A DNA stretch of 33,142 nt, from positions 1 through 33,142 of IMG/VR virus record IMGVR_UViG_3300037071_002456. One strand, given 5' to 3'. This DNA comes from a virus. Taxonomy: Duplodnaviria; Caudoviricetes. Positions 1 to 8,692 of the stretch are shown here, piece by piece. A model generated the notes under the pieces. That model saw only the letters and a list, made by a program, of their open reading frames with translations, was not told the origin of the DNA and did no database searches. A program made the translations under genes and the position numbers. The first letter of the stretch is position 1; each line of letters opens with the position of its first letter.

Positions 1-494
1 TAGCCCACGATCTTCTCGATCTGGTCCTGGCCGAAGCGGGTCATGGCGATGGGCTTGATGAACTTCCACAGCTCGTTCCACATCGGCGGCAGCTCTTCGC
101 CTTCGATGGGCACGTAGTGGAACGTGGGGATCTTCTTGAACAGGTCGCGCCCAGCCGCTTCGACCATGTCGCGCATCCCGTAGTAATCACCGAGCAGGAA
201 GAGGACGTCGGGCTTCCAGTCGCCCCAGTCCTCTCCGTTGTGCAGCTTGAGCTCGGCGGCCTGACCCTCGAGGATCTGACGGAGATAGGGGTGGATCTCC
301 TCGATGCCCTCGGCGCCCATGTCGAAGACCGCCGGAGCAAGGGTCCGCGATGCGAAGGGCTCAGGCAGCTTGTCGGTCTCGTTCTGGCTCAGGATGCGGA
401 CGTCGATACCCTGCTTGACGAACTCTCGGCAGGTGTCGGACGTGACCGTGCCGAAGCCGGTCTTGGCCAGGTCGCCCATCCACAGGACCTTCAT
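1..494 (-). CDS. GT-B (GT4-like) glycosyltransferase, N-terminal part; runs off the left edge
   Basis: Not in the ORF track (no stop in window). Manual translation from ATG 494, which overlaps the TGA of the upstream gene: MKVLWMGDLAKTGFGTVTSDTCREF...WKPDVLFLLGDYY...HYVPIEG...IAMTRFGQ. This matches a GT4 N-terminal Rossmann start. Confidence 0.8.
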   Translation of the reverse strand, partial: MKVLWMGDLAKTGFGTVTSDTCREFVKQGIDVRILSQNETDKLPEPFASRTLAPAVFDMGAEGIEEIHPYLRQILEGQAAELKLHNGEDWGDWKPDVLFLLGDYYGMRDMVEAAGRDLFKKIPTFHYVPIEGEELPPMWNELWKFIKPIAMTRFGQDQIEKIVG

Positions 495-1444
495 GCCGGC
501 ACCAGCAGGCCGAGGGCTTCACCGATGACGCGAGCCTCTGCGGCGTAGTCGATGCGGGCATCGAGACGAGCTCGGATGGCATGGCTCGCATTGTCGTAGA
601 GGTGGCGGTCAGAGAAGAGCCAGAACATCATCTCGGTCGCTTCCTTGACCGAATGCTTGTCTAGGTCGATGCACGTCACGCCGTCTTCCCACAGGTCTTC
701 GGCGAGCTGGCCGCGGTAGTAGGAGGCGTGGCCGATGAGCGGCCGACCGATGGCCGCCCACTGGTGGATGACGTGCCCGAAGCCGTCGCCCGTTTCCTTG
801 TCGTGCCACCCGAAGGCGTAGCCCTTCATCAGCTCGGCGATGGCGCTCGTGGGCTTGATGAAGCCGTCCGGTCCGTGGTGTCCGTGGACGTTGAACTTCC
901 AGTCGGGTAGCCGCTGGCGTGCTTCCTCGAGGTGGCGGTAGTCGGGCAGCAGCGGGAAGATGTTGACGAAGGAGCCGACGGTCCGACGGTCGCCCGCGTA
1001 GGGCGAGAACCGGAAGGCGCCGTCCTTGTCGAACTCCTGGTGCATCGGGATGCCGCCCGGTCCGAGGACGATGGGGTCAAGCCGGTAGTCGATGAACTGG
1101 CGAACGTTGCCGACCTGGATGGCGAAGCGGGCGCCCTTCTCGTCGGCGAGGCGCTTGAAGCCCCATTGCTGCTCGGCCATCGTGGCGACCATGACCGCCC
1201 AGCCGTCCATCGCCTTGAACTCCGGGAGGGTCAGCAGGCGCAGCCGACGCGGATGGAAGTCGGTGTGCTCGCCGATGCTCACGAGGAACTGACGGGCGAC
1301 GTCCTCCGAGCCGTAGGGCGCGTAGCCCTCCAGGTACCACTCCATCCCGAAGGGCACGAAGACCTCCAGCCCCAGCCGGTCCTCGAGCAGGCAGTGCATC
1401 GCCTCCAAGAGGTCGGCGTGATGGACGTCGACGAGCGCCTTCAC
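491..1444 (-). CDS. GT-B fold glycosyltransferase (divergent GT4-like)
   Basis: 317 aa. IAELMKGYAFGWHDKETGDGFGHVIHQWAAIGRPLIG resembles the GT4 E-G-F-G-x4-E-A-x3-G-x-P motif with D/Q substitutions. GTGA overlap with the upstream GT. Confidence 0.7.
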   Translation of the reverse strand: MKALVDVHHADLLEAMHCLLEDRLGLEVFVPFGMEWYLEGYAPYGSEDVARQFLVSIGEHTDFHPRRLRLLTLPEFKAMDGWAVMVATMAEQQWGFKRLADEKGARFAIQVGNVRQFIDYRLDPIVLGPGGIPMHQEFDKDGAFRFSPYAGDRRTVGSFVNIFPLLPDYRHLEEARQRLPDWKFNVHGHHGPDGFIKPTSAIAELMKGYAFGWHDKETGDGFGHVIHQWAAIGRPLIGHASYYRGQLAEDLWEDGVTCIDLDKHSVKEATEMMFWLFSDRHLYDNASHAIRARLDARIDYAAEARVIGEALGLLVPA

Positions 1445-2541
1445 GCGGCCACCATCTCACGCTCTCGGACCTTGACGCCAAGGAACTCGCCCCACTGGGC
1501 ACGGATCTTGTCGATGCCGAAGGTCTCGATGGCGCGCTCGCGCTGCCGGCCACCGACGTGGGCGGCGAGGTGATGGTCGTCGAGCCAGAGCTGGAGTCTG
1601 GCGTGAGCCATCGCCGGGTCATCGAACCAGATGCCGACGAGCTCGTGGCCCTCGAACATCTCCGGGCCGTAGGGAAGGATGCGCATCCACGACGGGCCGA
1701 TGGAGAGGGTCGGGATGCCCGTCATCAGGGCTTCGATCATGCCGAGGGTGTAGGACGCTGGCTGAGTCCCGGTGTAGACATATGCACGGGCCCGTCGCAG
1801 AGCGGCCTTCATCTCGTCGGTCGTCTGCGTGCCCGGTCCGCCGATCTGCTCGGACTCGCCGCCCATCGGCATCCTCGGCAGGCCGTAGGTCGCCTCTTCC
1901 CAGAAGCCGTAGCCGCACCAGTCACCGCGCCTGGCGAGTCCCTGCGTGACGTTGACGATGAGCTTGTCTTCGCCGGTCCAGCCCTTCCATTCCTCGGGGT
2001 CCTTGCCGAACCTGATGAGCGCATCGGCTCCGGCATAGTTCGGGATGTTCGCTTCCTTCGGGGAGTAGCGGACGATCTGGCAGCCGTCCTTCCGAAGCGG
2101 CGTCATCATCGCCTCGTTCTGGTCGCCGCTCTGACCGATGGTCCGCCAGATGACGCGCTTGTGTCGGAGCCTCTGCCATTCCGGGATGAGGAAGGTGTGC
2201 TCGAAGGCGCTGACCATGATGACGTCGGCCCAGTCGATGACCTCATCGGGCAGGTGCAGCTTGGCGGCCAGGAGCGTGTCGGTGTGGCCCTGCGAGCAGG
2301 CATGGAGGTCGTCCCGCCAAGCGGTGTGGCGCGGCTCATCGGGATGCGGCTGGCCAAGGGCATCAACCGCAGCGATGAGTTCCGGGACCTCGGGCACGTT
2401 GAGCGGAGGGCGCAGCGGGTCCATCGGTCGCGATGGGTGGATATATGCACCAGGGCTGAATACCGAGTGGCCGAGCGAGTGGAACAAGGCCATCTCGTCG
2501 TGTTCGAGGACGGAGTGCGCACCGATGAGCAGGATGTTCAT
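1441..2541 (-). CDS. GT-B (GT4 / Glycos_transf_1-like) glycosyltransferase
   Basis: 366 aa. MNILLIG start and EMKAALRRARAYVYTGTQPASYTLGMIEALMTGIPTLS donor-binding motif. Confidence 0.8.
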   Translation of the reverse strand: MNILLIGAHSVLEHDEMALFHSLGHSVFSPGAYIHPSRPMDPLRPPLNVPEVPELIAAVDALGQPHPDEPRHTAWRDDLHACSQGHTDTLLAAKLHLPDEVIDWADVIMVSAFEHTFLIPEWQRLRHKRVIWRTIGQSGDQNEAMMTPLRKDGCQIVRYSPKEANIPNYAGADALIRFGKDPEEWKGWTGEDKLIVNVTQGLARRGDWCGYGFWEEATYGLPRMPMGGESEQIGGPGTQTTDEMKAALRRARAYVYTGTQPASYTLGMIEALMTGIPTLSIGPSWMRILPYGPEMFEGHELVGIWFDDPAMAHARLQLWLDDHHLAAHVGGRQRERAIETFGIDKIRAQWGEFLGVKVREREMVAA

Positions 2542-2924
2542 GCGGGGTAGTACTTGACCACGCGGGCCGGCACGCCCGCGACGAGCGCGTAGTCGGGCAC
2601 GTCATCGACCACGACGGCTCCAGCGGCCACAACGGCATGACGACCGATGGTCACCGGGCCGACGATGATGCAGCGAGTGCATAGCCATGCACCCTCTTTG
2701 ATGTGCACCGGCCCGCCGCCGCTGGTGACGCGCCTCGCATCACCGAACACGGACGGGTCGTGGCTGCCGGTGAGGATCATCACGTCGTGACCGGAGAAGG
2801 CGTCCTGGTCGATGGTCACCTTGTGGATGCAGTCCACCATCGCGTCCATCATCACCGAGGGATGGATGTCAGGCTCGACGCCGGTCTCTCGACTGGTGAA
2901 CTCGAAGCCACCGAGACGTCTCAC
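2538..2924 (-). CDS. Hexapeptide-repeat (left-handed beta-helix) sugar O-acetyltransferase, maltose/galactoside acetyltransferase-like
   Basis: Start reassigned to GTG 2924, overlapping the FkbM stop (128 aa). MILTGSHD...PVHIKEGAWLCTRCIIVGPVTIGRHAVVAAGAVVVDDVPDYALVAGVPARVVK is the LbetaH acetyltransferase C-terminus. Confidence 0.85.
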   Translation of the reverse strand: MRRLGGFEFTSRETGVEPDIHPSVMMDAMVDCIHKVTIDQDAFSGHDVMILTGSHDPSVFGDARRVTSGGGPVHIKEGAWLCTRCIIVGPVTIGRHAVVAAGAVVVDDVPDYALVAGVPARVVKYYPA

Positions 2925-3601
2925 GGGTGTCGCGCCTCGAATGTCCCGAAGGCTTCGGTGCCACTCTTGAGCGTCACCACATGGCTCAGGAACAGGGCTT
3001 CCTCGATGCGCCGGATGCCGGCGTGGTGCTCGCCCCGGATGAGCGGGATGCTCCTGATGTCGGGTGAGGCAAGCACGCCGTACTCGCAGCCCTCGCAGTC
3101 GATCTTCATGAAGTCGACGTGACCACCGGCTAGGTCGATGATGGCACCGACCGAAATGGTCGAGACCTGCTCGTGCTGACCACCCTTGAAGCCCTTCTGC
3201 TGGGCGTTGCCGATGTAACGGTGATGCTTCCCTGAGTCTGACGCAGTGAAGTCCCACTCGACGCGGGTCGTCTTGCCCTTGGCTCCGGCCGCAGCGTGGA
3301 GCACGGCGACCCGCTCGGAGACCCCGTTGCGCTCGACGTTATCGCGGAGCAGCGTCACGTTCTCGGACAGGGCCTCGACGGCGACGACATGCCAGCCCAT
3401 CAGGGCCAGGCTCACCGTCACGCCGCCGATGTGCGCCCCGATATCGACTGCGACTCCCTCACTGGGGAGGGAGCGCAGGTCGTACTCATCCTCGGCCATG
3501 CACGAGAAGAGCGTGTTGTGGTCCGAGGTCTCAGGGCGCACGACCATCGAGGCAGGACCGCCCATGGTCTGGAAGCCTTCGACGGTCGGAGCTTCGATCA
3601 T
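2921..3601 (-). CDS. FkbM-family SAM-dependent methyltransferase
   Basis: 226 aa. VRPETSD, VDIGAHIG (motif I), VVAVEA and VDFMKIDCEGCEY are FkbM hallmarks. Confidence 0.9.
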   Translation of the reverse strand: MIEAPTVEGFQTMGGPASMVVRPETSDHNTLFSCMAEDEYDLRSLPSEGVAVDIGAHIGGVTVSLALMGWHVVAVEALSENVTLLRDNVERNGVSERVAVLHAAAGAKGKTTRVEWDFTASDSGKHHRYIGNAQQKGFKGGQHEQVSTISVGAIIDLAGGHVDFMKIDCEGCEYGVLASPDIRSIPLIRGEHHAGIRRIEEALFLSHVVTLKSGTEAFGTFEARHP

Positions 3602-3771
3602 CCCTTCGGCCGAGCGCCCATCGCCACGAGGTCCTTCTGGAGCGCGGCCATCCGGTCATCGATGGTCTCGCCGGTCGGTTCGGGGATGCCAGCGTGCTGC
3701 TTCTCGAACTCGGACGGCTCCGGCTGCGGCTCCTCTGCCACGGGCTCTTCGGTCTGCTTGGTCTTCGGCAT
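3598..3771 (-). CDS. Small acidic protein after the major capsid gene (57 aa)
   Basis: Not in track. MPKTKQTEEPVAEEPQPEPSEFEKQHAGIPEPTGETIDDRMAALQKDLVAMGARPKG; strong RBS AGGAAAGGAG; stop overlaps the FkbM ATG. Confidence 0.75.
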   Translation of the reverse strand: MPKTKQTEEPVAEEPQPEPSEFEKQHAGIPEPTGETIDDRMAALQKDLVAMGARPKG

Positions 3772-3795
3772 CGGTTCTCCTTTCCTGGTGAGTGG

Positions 3796-3833
3796 TGGCC
3801 GCTTACGGCGGCCAGTCGGACGGCTCTCCCGTC
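3796..3833 (-). terminator. Two short hairpins immediately downstream of the capsid gene (possible attenuator or mRNA end)
   Basis: TGGCCGC-N5-GCGGCCA (3796-3814) and GACGG-N5-CCGTC (3819-3833); no U-tract. Confidence 0.4.
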
Positions 3834-3842
3834 AGCCAGGGC

Positions 3843-5213
3843 TTACGCCTTGGTGTCGATCAGCCTCTGGAAGAGACCGCTCACGACGTAGGGGTCAGCG
3901 TTGAAGGCCAACTCCTCCTCGAAGCGGAACCCTGTCAGGTTCTTGTCCCAGCGATCGCCAGCCTCGGTCGACACGTCGACCCGGAAGCCGTCGCCCAGGT
4001 ACATCTCCGCGCCCTTCCAGTCGCCCACGACGAGCGAGTCGGGAGGCATGTTCGGGTCCGCGTAGAGCGGGATGCCCCACAGGCGGATGGCCGCCGCTCC
4101 GTTGGAGAAGCCGCCGGTCGCATTGACCTCGGACGCTCCACCAGCGGGGTTGATGTAGAACCCGGCACTGTCCGCGCCCGAAGCGAGCACGATCCAGAAG
4201 TCTCCGGCGTTCATGACCGCGCCCGAAGGAGTCCGGTTGCGGTCGGCCAGAGCACCCGAAGCCTTGGCGAGACCGCTGGCGATGTTGCCGGCGATGGTCG
4301 TCTGGGCTGCGGTGTGCGAGGTCACGAAGGTGCCCGACGTCCCGAGAGAGGTCAGCAGGCCCTTCGGCTCGCTGGTGCCCGAACCGTTGAGGATGTAGTA
4401 GCTCTCGCCGAGGCTGATGGCCTCTGCGCCGCGCTTGCGGATGAGCCGCTCCCCGGCGCCGCCCGTCTGGCGGAGCCACTGGTTCGCCGCGTCGTGGATG
4501 ACGGCGATCGTGTAGAACGTCGCCGTGTAGTTGGCCAGCGAGACGCCCACGTTGGTCTTGGTCGCACCACGCGCCTGAACGGTCGCACGGGACGGGGCAA
4601 GGCCGATGTGGGGGACTTCGACGGTCGGGCCGAGGATGCCCGTGACGACCGTCAGGAGGTTGCGGTAGGGGTTGTTGGCAACGGCCACGCCCGTGGCTTC
4701 GGCTACGACGGCACGCGGTGCCAGGTAGCCGCCGTTGGCGTCCGTCTCGCCGAGGGTCGCCTTCGATGCGGCGGGCACGTCCTGCCACGTCGAGCCGAGG
4801 TCGGCCAGCGCCTTCTCGGATGCCGCCCGGACGTCCATCGGAGTGGATGCCCGCTTGACGTTGATGAGGTGACGGAAGAACGAGTCCACGTCGGGCTCGC
4901 CACTGTTGCGGTTCTGACCGCTCAGGATCGCCTCTGCCTTGGACGGCGAGTACGAAGACGCGGCCAGTTCTGCGATGCGCTCCTCGAGCGCGGAGATGCG
5001 CTTGGTCTTGGCCTCTTCGGCCTCGGCCGCGGCCTGCTTCTGCTTGAGCTCGGCAACGTCGTTGCCCAGCTCCTCGGCCTTCGCCGACAGGTTCTCGATG
5101 CGGTCGGCTTGGTCGCCGTTCGCGACGGCTTCCTTGACCTCGGTCATGAGGGCGGTCAGTTCACCGAACTTCTCGGTGGCCTTCTGCCCGATCTCTTCGG
5201 CTGTGTCAGCCAT
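3843..5213 (-). CDS. Major capsid protein, HK97 fold, with N-terminal coiled-coil (delta/scaffold) domain
   Basis: 456 aa. Helical N-terminus, GGYLAP, ILNGSGTSEPKGLL, AVMN, RLWGIPLYADPNMP, LVVGDW, WDKNLTGFRFEE; follows the protease; RBS GAGG. Confidence 0.93.
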   Translation of the reverse strand: MADTAEEIGQKATEKFGELTALMTEVKEAVANGDQADRIENLSAKAEELGNDVAELKQKQAAAEAEEAKTKRISALEERIAELAASSYSPSKAEAILSGQNRNSGEPDVDSFFRHLINVKRASTPMDVRAASEKALADLGSTWQDVPAASKATLGETDANGGYLAPRAVVAEATGVAVANNPYRNLLTVVTGILGPTVEVPHIGLAPSRATVQARGATKTNVGVSLANYTATFYTIAVIHDAANQWLRQTGGAGERLIRKRGAEAISLGESYYILNGSGTSEPKGLLTSLGTSGTFVTSHTAAQTTIAGNIASGLAKASGALADRNRTPSGAVMNAGDFWIVLASGADSAGFYINPAGGASEVNATGGFSNGAAAIRLWGIPLYADPNMPPDSLVVGDWKGAEMYLGDGFRVDVSTEAGDRWDKNLTGFRFEEELAFNADPYVVSGLFQRLIDTKA

Positions 5214-5245
5214 GTACCTCTAGCGGGAGGGTCAACACGCGACCC

Positions 5246-5995
5246 TCAAGGAGTGGAGTAACGAGAGCGAACCCGGTCACGCAGATCGCGGAAGTCGGGG
5301 ATGAGCTCATCGAGCGCATCCAGCAGCTTCTCGATCTTGGCCAGGTTGGCGCCCGACAACTCGCGTCCCGCCTTCGCCGCCCCGTCGCCGCCTGAGAAGG
5401 TCGGGGGAAGGTCCGTCAGACCATCGAGTTCGGTGAGCACGTCACGCAGGACGGGCAGCACCGTGATGTCGGCTTGGTCGAAGATGTCCAGCACGGCCTT
5501 GGCCGGCCTGTGGATACTATGCGTGTTCTGTGGGCTCGTGGAAAGGGTCTGCATCATGTACGGCCAGACGTCGATATGGCCGGTCTTGGCGTTGCGCTTG
5601 ATGAGGTTGGGGTAGGCGTAGGAGGACCCGAACAGTTCGGCGCCCTTCTCGGCAAGCTGCTTGACCAGCGACAGCCGCTTCTCGCCGGCGTTCAGCCAGA
5701 GGTCGACCCACCATCCGTCCTCGTCCATGCGCAGGTTACGGGCCTTGCCGATGAGCACGCCGTTCATCCGGCCGGTCGGGTCTTGGGAGTGGTGCCAGTC
5801 CACTGGGCGCTCATCGAACCATTCCGGCTTGATGTCGGTCTTCTCGTCGAAGAACTCGCCATCGACGTCGATGCCCTTGGCGTTGCGCGGGTGAGGGATC
5901 GGCCCGCCGAAGGGGATGGCCAGGAGCGGTCGCGGCACTTCGCCGGCCAGCCACGCCTGGAGGTCATCGGGCGACACGGCTTTCATCGGTAGCAT
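5246..5995 (-). CDS. Prohead (capsid maturation) protease
   Basis: 249 aa directly before the capsid gene. D-x-DGEFF, VDWHH, IGK, DEDGWWV, GSS, TLSTSPQN pattern and C-terminal KAGRELSGANLAKI segment typical of HK97-type proteases. Confidence 0.75.
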   Translation of the reverse strand: MLPMKAVSPDDLQAWLAGEVPRPLLAIPFGGPIPHPRNAKGIDVDGEFFDEKTDIKPEWFDERPVDWHHSQDPTGRMNGVLIGKARNLRMDEDGWWVDLWLNAGEKRLSLVKQLAEKGAELFGSSYAYPNLIKRNAKTGHIDVWPYMMQTLSTSPQNTHSIHRPAKAVLDIFDQADITVLPVLRDVLTELDGLTDLPPTFSGGDGAAKAGRELSGANLAKIEKLLDALDELIPDFRDLRDRVRSRYSTP

Positions 5996-6297
5996 CAGAC
6001 CCTCCGAGGTCGGGCGTGGAACATGGCCTGGTTGGCCGCGGTTAGGGCGCCAGTGCCCACGAAGCGCACGAAGTGGTTGCCTTCCATCGTGGGCTGGAAG
6101 TCGACCCTGTAGAGGCCGACCCCGGTATTGGTCACGCTCGGCGTGGCGTTCACGGCGTTGGGCTGGCGGATGGTCGCCACGACTGTCGTCGGGTCCTGGA
6201 GTTGTCCGCTCGACTTGTTGGTGAAAGTCGTCGCGATGGTGACCTCTTCGCCGATGTCGTAGATGCCCAGATCTTCGGGCCAGACTCGCTTAGTCAA
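5995..6297 (-). CDS. Small Ig-like/BppU-like structural adaptor protein
   Basis: 100 aa all-beta pattern YDIGEEVTI..F...DPTTV..TIRQP...GVGLYRVDF.P...GNHFVRF.GTG. Confidence 0.55.
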   Translation of the reverse strand: MTKRVWPEDLGIYDIGEEVTIATTFTNKSSGQLQDPTTVVATIRQPNAVNATPSVTNTGVGLYRVDFQPTMEGNHFVRFVGTGALTAANQAMFHARPRRV

Positions 6298-8692
6298 TGG
6301 TCACCTCGTTGGTCTCGACGCTGAACGCGCCGCCGTGACCCACTGCCGTGAAGCCTACGCCATGCGCCAAGAGGGAGAAGGCTATCTCGCCGATGGGTCC
6401 GGAGACATCGCCGCTGCCGAGATCGGTGATGTGCAGCGTATCGACTGCCTGACGGACAAGGAAGTGGATGAGCGATAGCGCATCGCTGACACCCAGCGTG
6501 TCGGATACGGTCTTGAAGATGAGCATCGTCCTGATGCTCGCGTCGACGAAGATCAGGGCGTCGGTGACCGTCCGGTTGGTGACCATCGCCCGAAGCGCGG
6601 CGTCATCGAGGTCGGCAGCATCCGTGCTGGAGCGCCCGATGGTTCGGACGTCGGCGATCTGATCGAAGACGTCGAGGAGGTGTCCCGCCGACCGGAAAAG
6701 GGTCAGCGGTCGGCTGACGGCCTGAGCAAGGTTGACGGCGTCGGTACCGACTCTCGCCAGCACGATCGCTCGCAGCGTGGCGTCGGAGAGCGTGGCCGAG
6801 TCCGTCGTGCCACGGGCGACGGTGATGAGACGGATGGCGACGTCGGCAGGTGCCGAAAGCTCCACGGGGTCAGCGGTGACCCGCGGGTAGGAGCCACCGC
6901 CCCGGTCCACCTCGTCGGTGAAGACCAGCCCGCCGCCGACCGAGAACTCCTGGAAGGCAGCTGTTACCGGCCAGTTGCTTGTGCCCGCAGCCGTGCGGAA
7001 CTGGAGGCCGATGGTGCCCGGCTCCTGGAGGCTCTGCGTGCCGTCTTCCCACTCGAGTTGCCAGTCCGGTTCAGGCTGGCCAGCGAACCAGACCTTGCCG
7101 TCGAGTTGCGTCAGGTCGGATCCCGATGCCCGAGCGCGGATGTAGAGGTCTTGCTCCTCGAAGTCCGTCTTGGCGAACAGATCCGTGCTCGTTGCCAACG
7201 TCGAGACGACGCCGTCTTCGCACTTCTCCCAGACCAGCCGGATCTGGAGGCTGGTCTGCCAATCCACGCGGAGTCGGTAGTAGTTGTCCTGGAGGAGTTC
7301 GGGCTGATCAGGGAGGAAGCTGACGATGCGAGGCAAGACACGAGGCTGTTGCGTGGCACCGCTTGGCAGCTTGTCTGAGGTCCACCGGACGGTCACGTCC
7401 TGGTCGAGAGCGTACTGCTGGTCGAGGTAGGCCAACCGGACAGTCGTGGAGTCGGACGCGACGATGAAAGCCTTCTGGCCAGAAGTCGTCGTGGACGAGT
7501 ACCCAAAGCCCTCGTTATCGGCCCATGTCCACACAGCGCCGAAGTTCGTGGTGCCCCAGCCTTGCGGAACGTCCCTGTTGAAGTCGTCGTATAGCCCCTC
7601 AAACGTCAGCCTGTTGAGAGTCAGTGCGCGAGTCACCGCGTCATCGAGGTCTACGGCATCCGTAGCGGTCCGGGCCTTGAGCACCGGCCCCGTCGCCACG
7701 TCGGCCAGTGAGACCGCGTCGCTGATGGAGCGCAGCATGGTCAGGCTGCGGGTAAGCGAGTCGGAGAGGTTGACCGAGTCGGAGACGATGCCGATCTTGG
7801 GGATGGCCTCCGAGAAGTGGACCGCATCATCGGTCGTGCGCTGGATGCTGCCTTCGAGGATGTCCATCACCGCGGCATCCGACAGAGAGCCGGCGTCGGT
7901 GATGGACCGCCCGAGGGCCAGCAGGCGGGTCGGTGCAGCCGTGGCATTCGCTACCGCATCGGTGATGGCTCGAGCGAGGGTCAGTGCCCGCGTCGGAGTG
8001 GCCGTGGCGTTCTGGACGGCATCTGTCGCAGTCAGCGACACCGAGAGGTCGCGGGCCACCAGGTTGTCCCACTGAAGAGTCTCGGAGGACGCCCCGCCGA
8101 GGCCGCGGATGTTCGGGCCACCGGCTGAGTCGGTGCCTTCGGTCGTGGTCACCTCGAAGGCCCACGTCGACGGCTCTGCGTCAGCCGCCCGCCAGACCTT
8201 CATCTTGAGATCCTTGTTCGATCCTGCCCCCTGGACGATGCGGAAGCGCAGGTTCCAGTCGGTGTTCGCTGCCCATGCCGGAGCGCCCGACACGTCCGTT
8301 ACCGCCGATCCGGTGACGATGCTCTGCGTGCTGGCCACGCGCTTGATGAAGTTGCCCCGCACTACCTCGGCCGTGGTGATGAGGACGTGGGCGAAGAGGC
8401 CGTCAGTGTCGAGACCCGTGCTCCGGGCGCCCAGCAGGAACTCCCACTGCCGGTCGATGGCGCTGGTACGGATGGTCACCGTGGTATCGGAGTCGAGCTG
8501 GCTGACGCCGTCCAGGACTGCCCTCTGCGTGTTGCCGGTGGCCAGACAAGTGATGGTGGCGCGAGAACCATCACAGAGGAAGGTACTGCTGCCCTGGCGC
8601 GTCGCTGTCCATGCCCCGCCCGTGTCGGCCGTGCCGAGGTCGGCGGTGCCCGACGTGGTCCGCGTGAAGGTGTCAGCTGCGACGACGGTCAT
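6290..8692 (-). CDS. Virion fibre/appendage protein with two lectin-like beta-sandwich domains and ~21-aa Ser/Thr/Asp repeats
   Basis: 800 aa. Two related domains begin DTFTRT..LGTADTGGAWT and DDFNRD..WGTTNFGAVWT; each is followed by a block of R-x-x-TDAV-x-L-S-D repeats. Confidence 0.65.
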   Translation of the reverse strand: MTVVAADTFTRTTSGTADLGTADTGGAWTATRQGSSTFLCDGSRATITCLATGNTQRAVLDGVSQLDSDTTVTIRTSAIDRQWEFLLGARSTGLDTDGLFAHVLITTAEVVRGNFIKRVASTQSIVTGSAVTDVSGAPAWAANTDWNLRFRIVQGAGSNKDLKMKVWRAADAEPSTWAFEVTTTEGTDSAGGPNIRGLGGASSETLQWDNLVARDLSVSLTATDAVQNATATPTRALTLARAITDAVANATAAPTRLLALGRSITDAGSLSDAAVMDILEGSIQRTTDDAVHFSEAIPKIGIVSDSVNLSDSLTRSLTMLRSISDAVSLADVATGPVLKARTATDAVDLDDAVTRALTLNRLTFEGLYDDFNRDVPQGWGTTNFGAVWTWADNEGFGYSSTTTSGQKAFIVASDSTTVRLAYLDQQYALDQDVTVRWTSDKLPSGATQQPRVLPRIVSFLPDQPELLQDNYYRLRVDWQTSLQIRLVWEKCEDGVVSTLATSTDLFAKTDFEEQDLYIRARASGSDLTQLDGKVWFAGQPEPDWQLEWEDGTQSLQEPGTIGLQFRTAAGTSNWPVTAAFQEFSVGGGLVFTDEVDRGGGSYPRVTADPVELSAPADVAIRLITVARGTTDSATLSDATLRAIVLARVGTDAVNLAQAVSRPLTLFRSAGHLLDVFDQIADVRTIGRSSTDAADLDDAALRAMVTNRTVTDALIFVDASIRTMLIFKTVSDTLGVSDALSLIHFLVRQAVDTLHITDLGSGDVSGPIGEIAFSLLAHGVGFTAVGHGGAFSVETNEVTID

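Noticed and set aside
2925-3257. N-terminal extension of the 239-aa acetyltransferase ORF
   Set aside because: It overlaps the FkbM gene in another frame; the GTG at 2924 gives the genome-typical coupled start.
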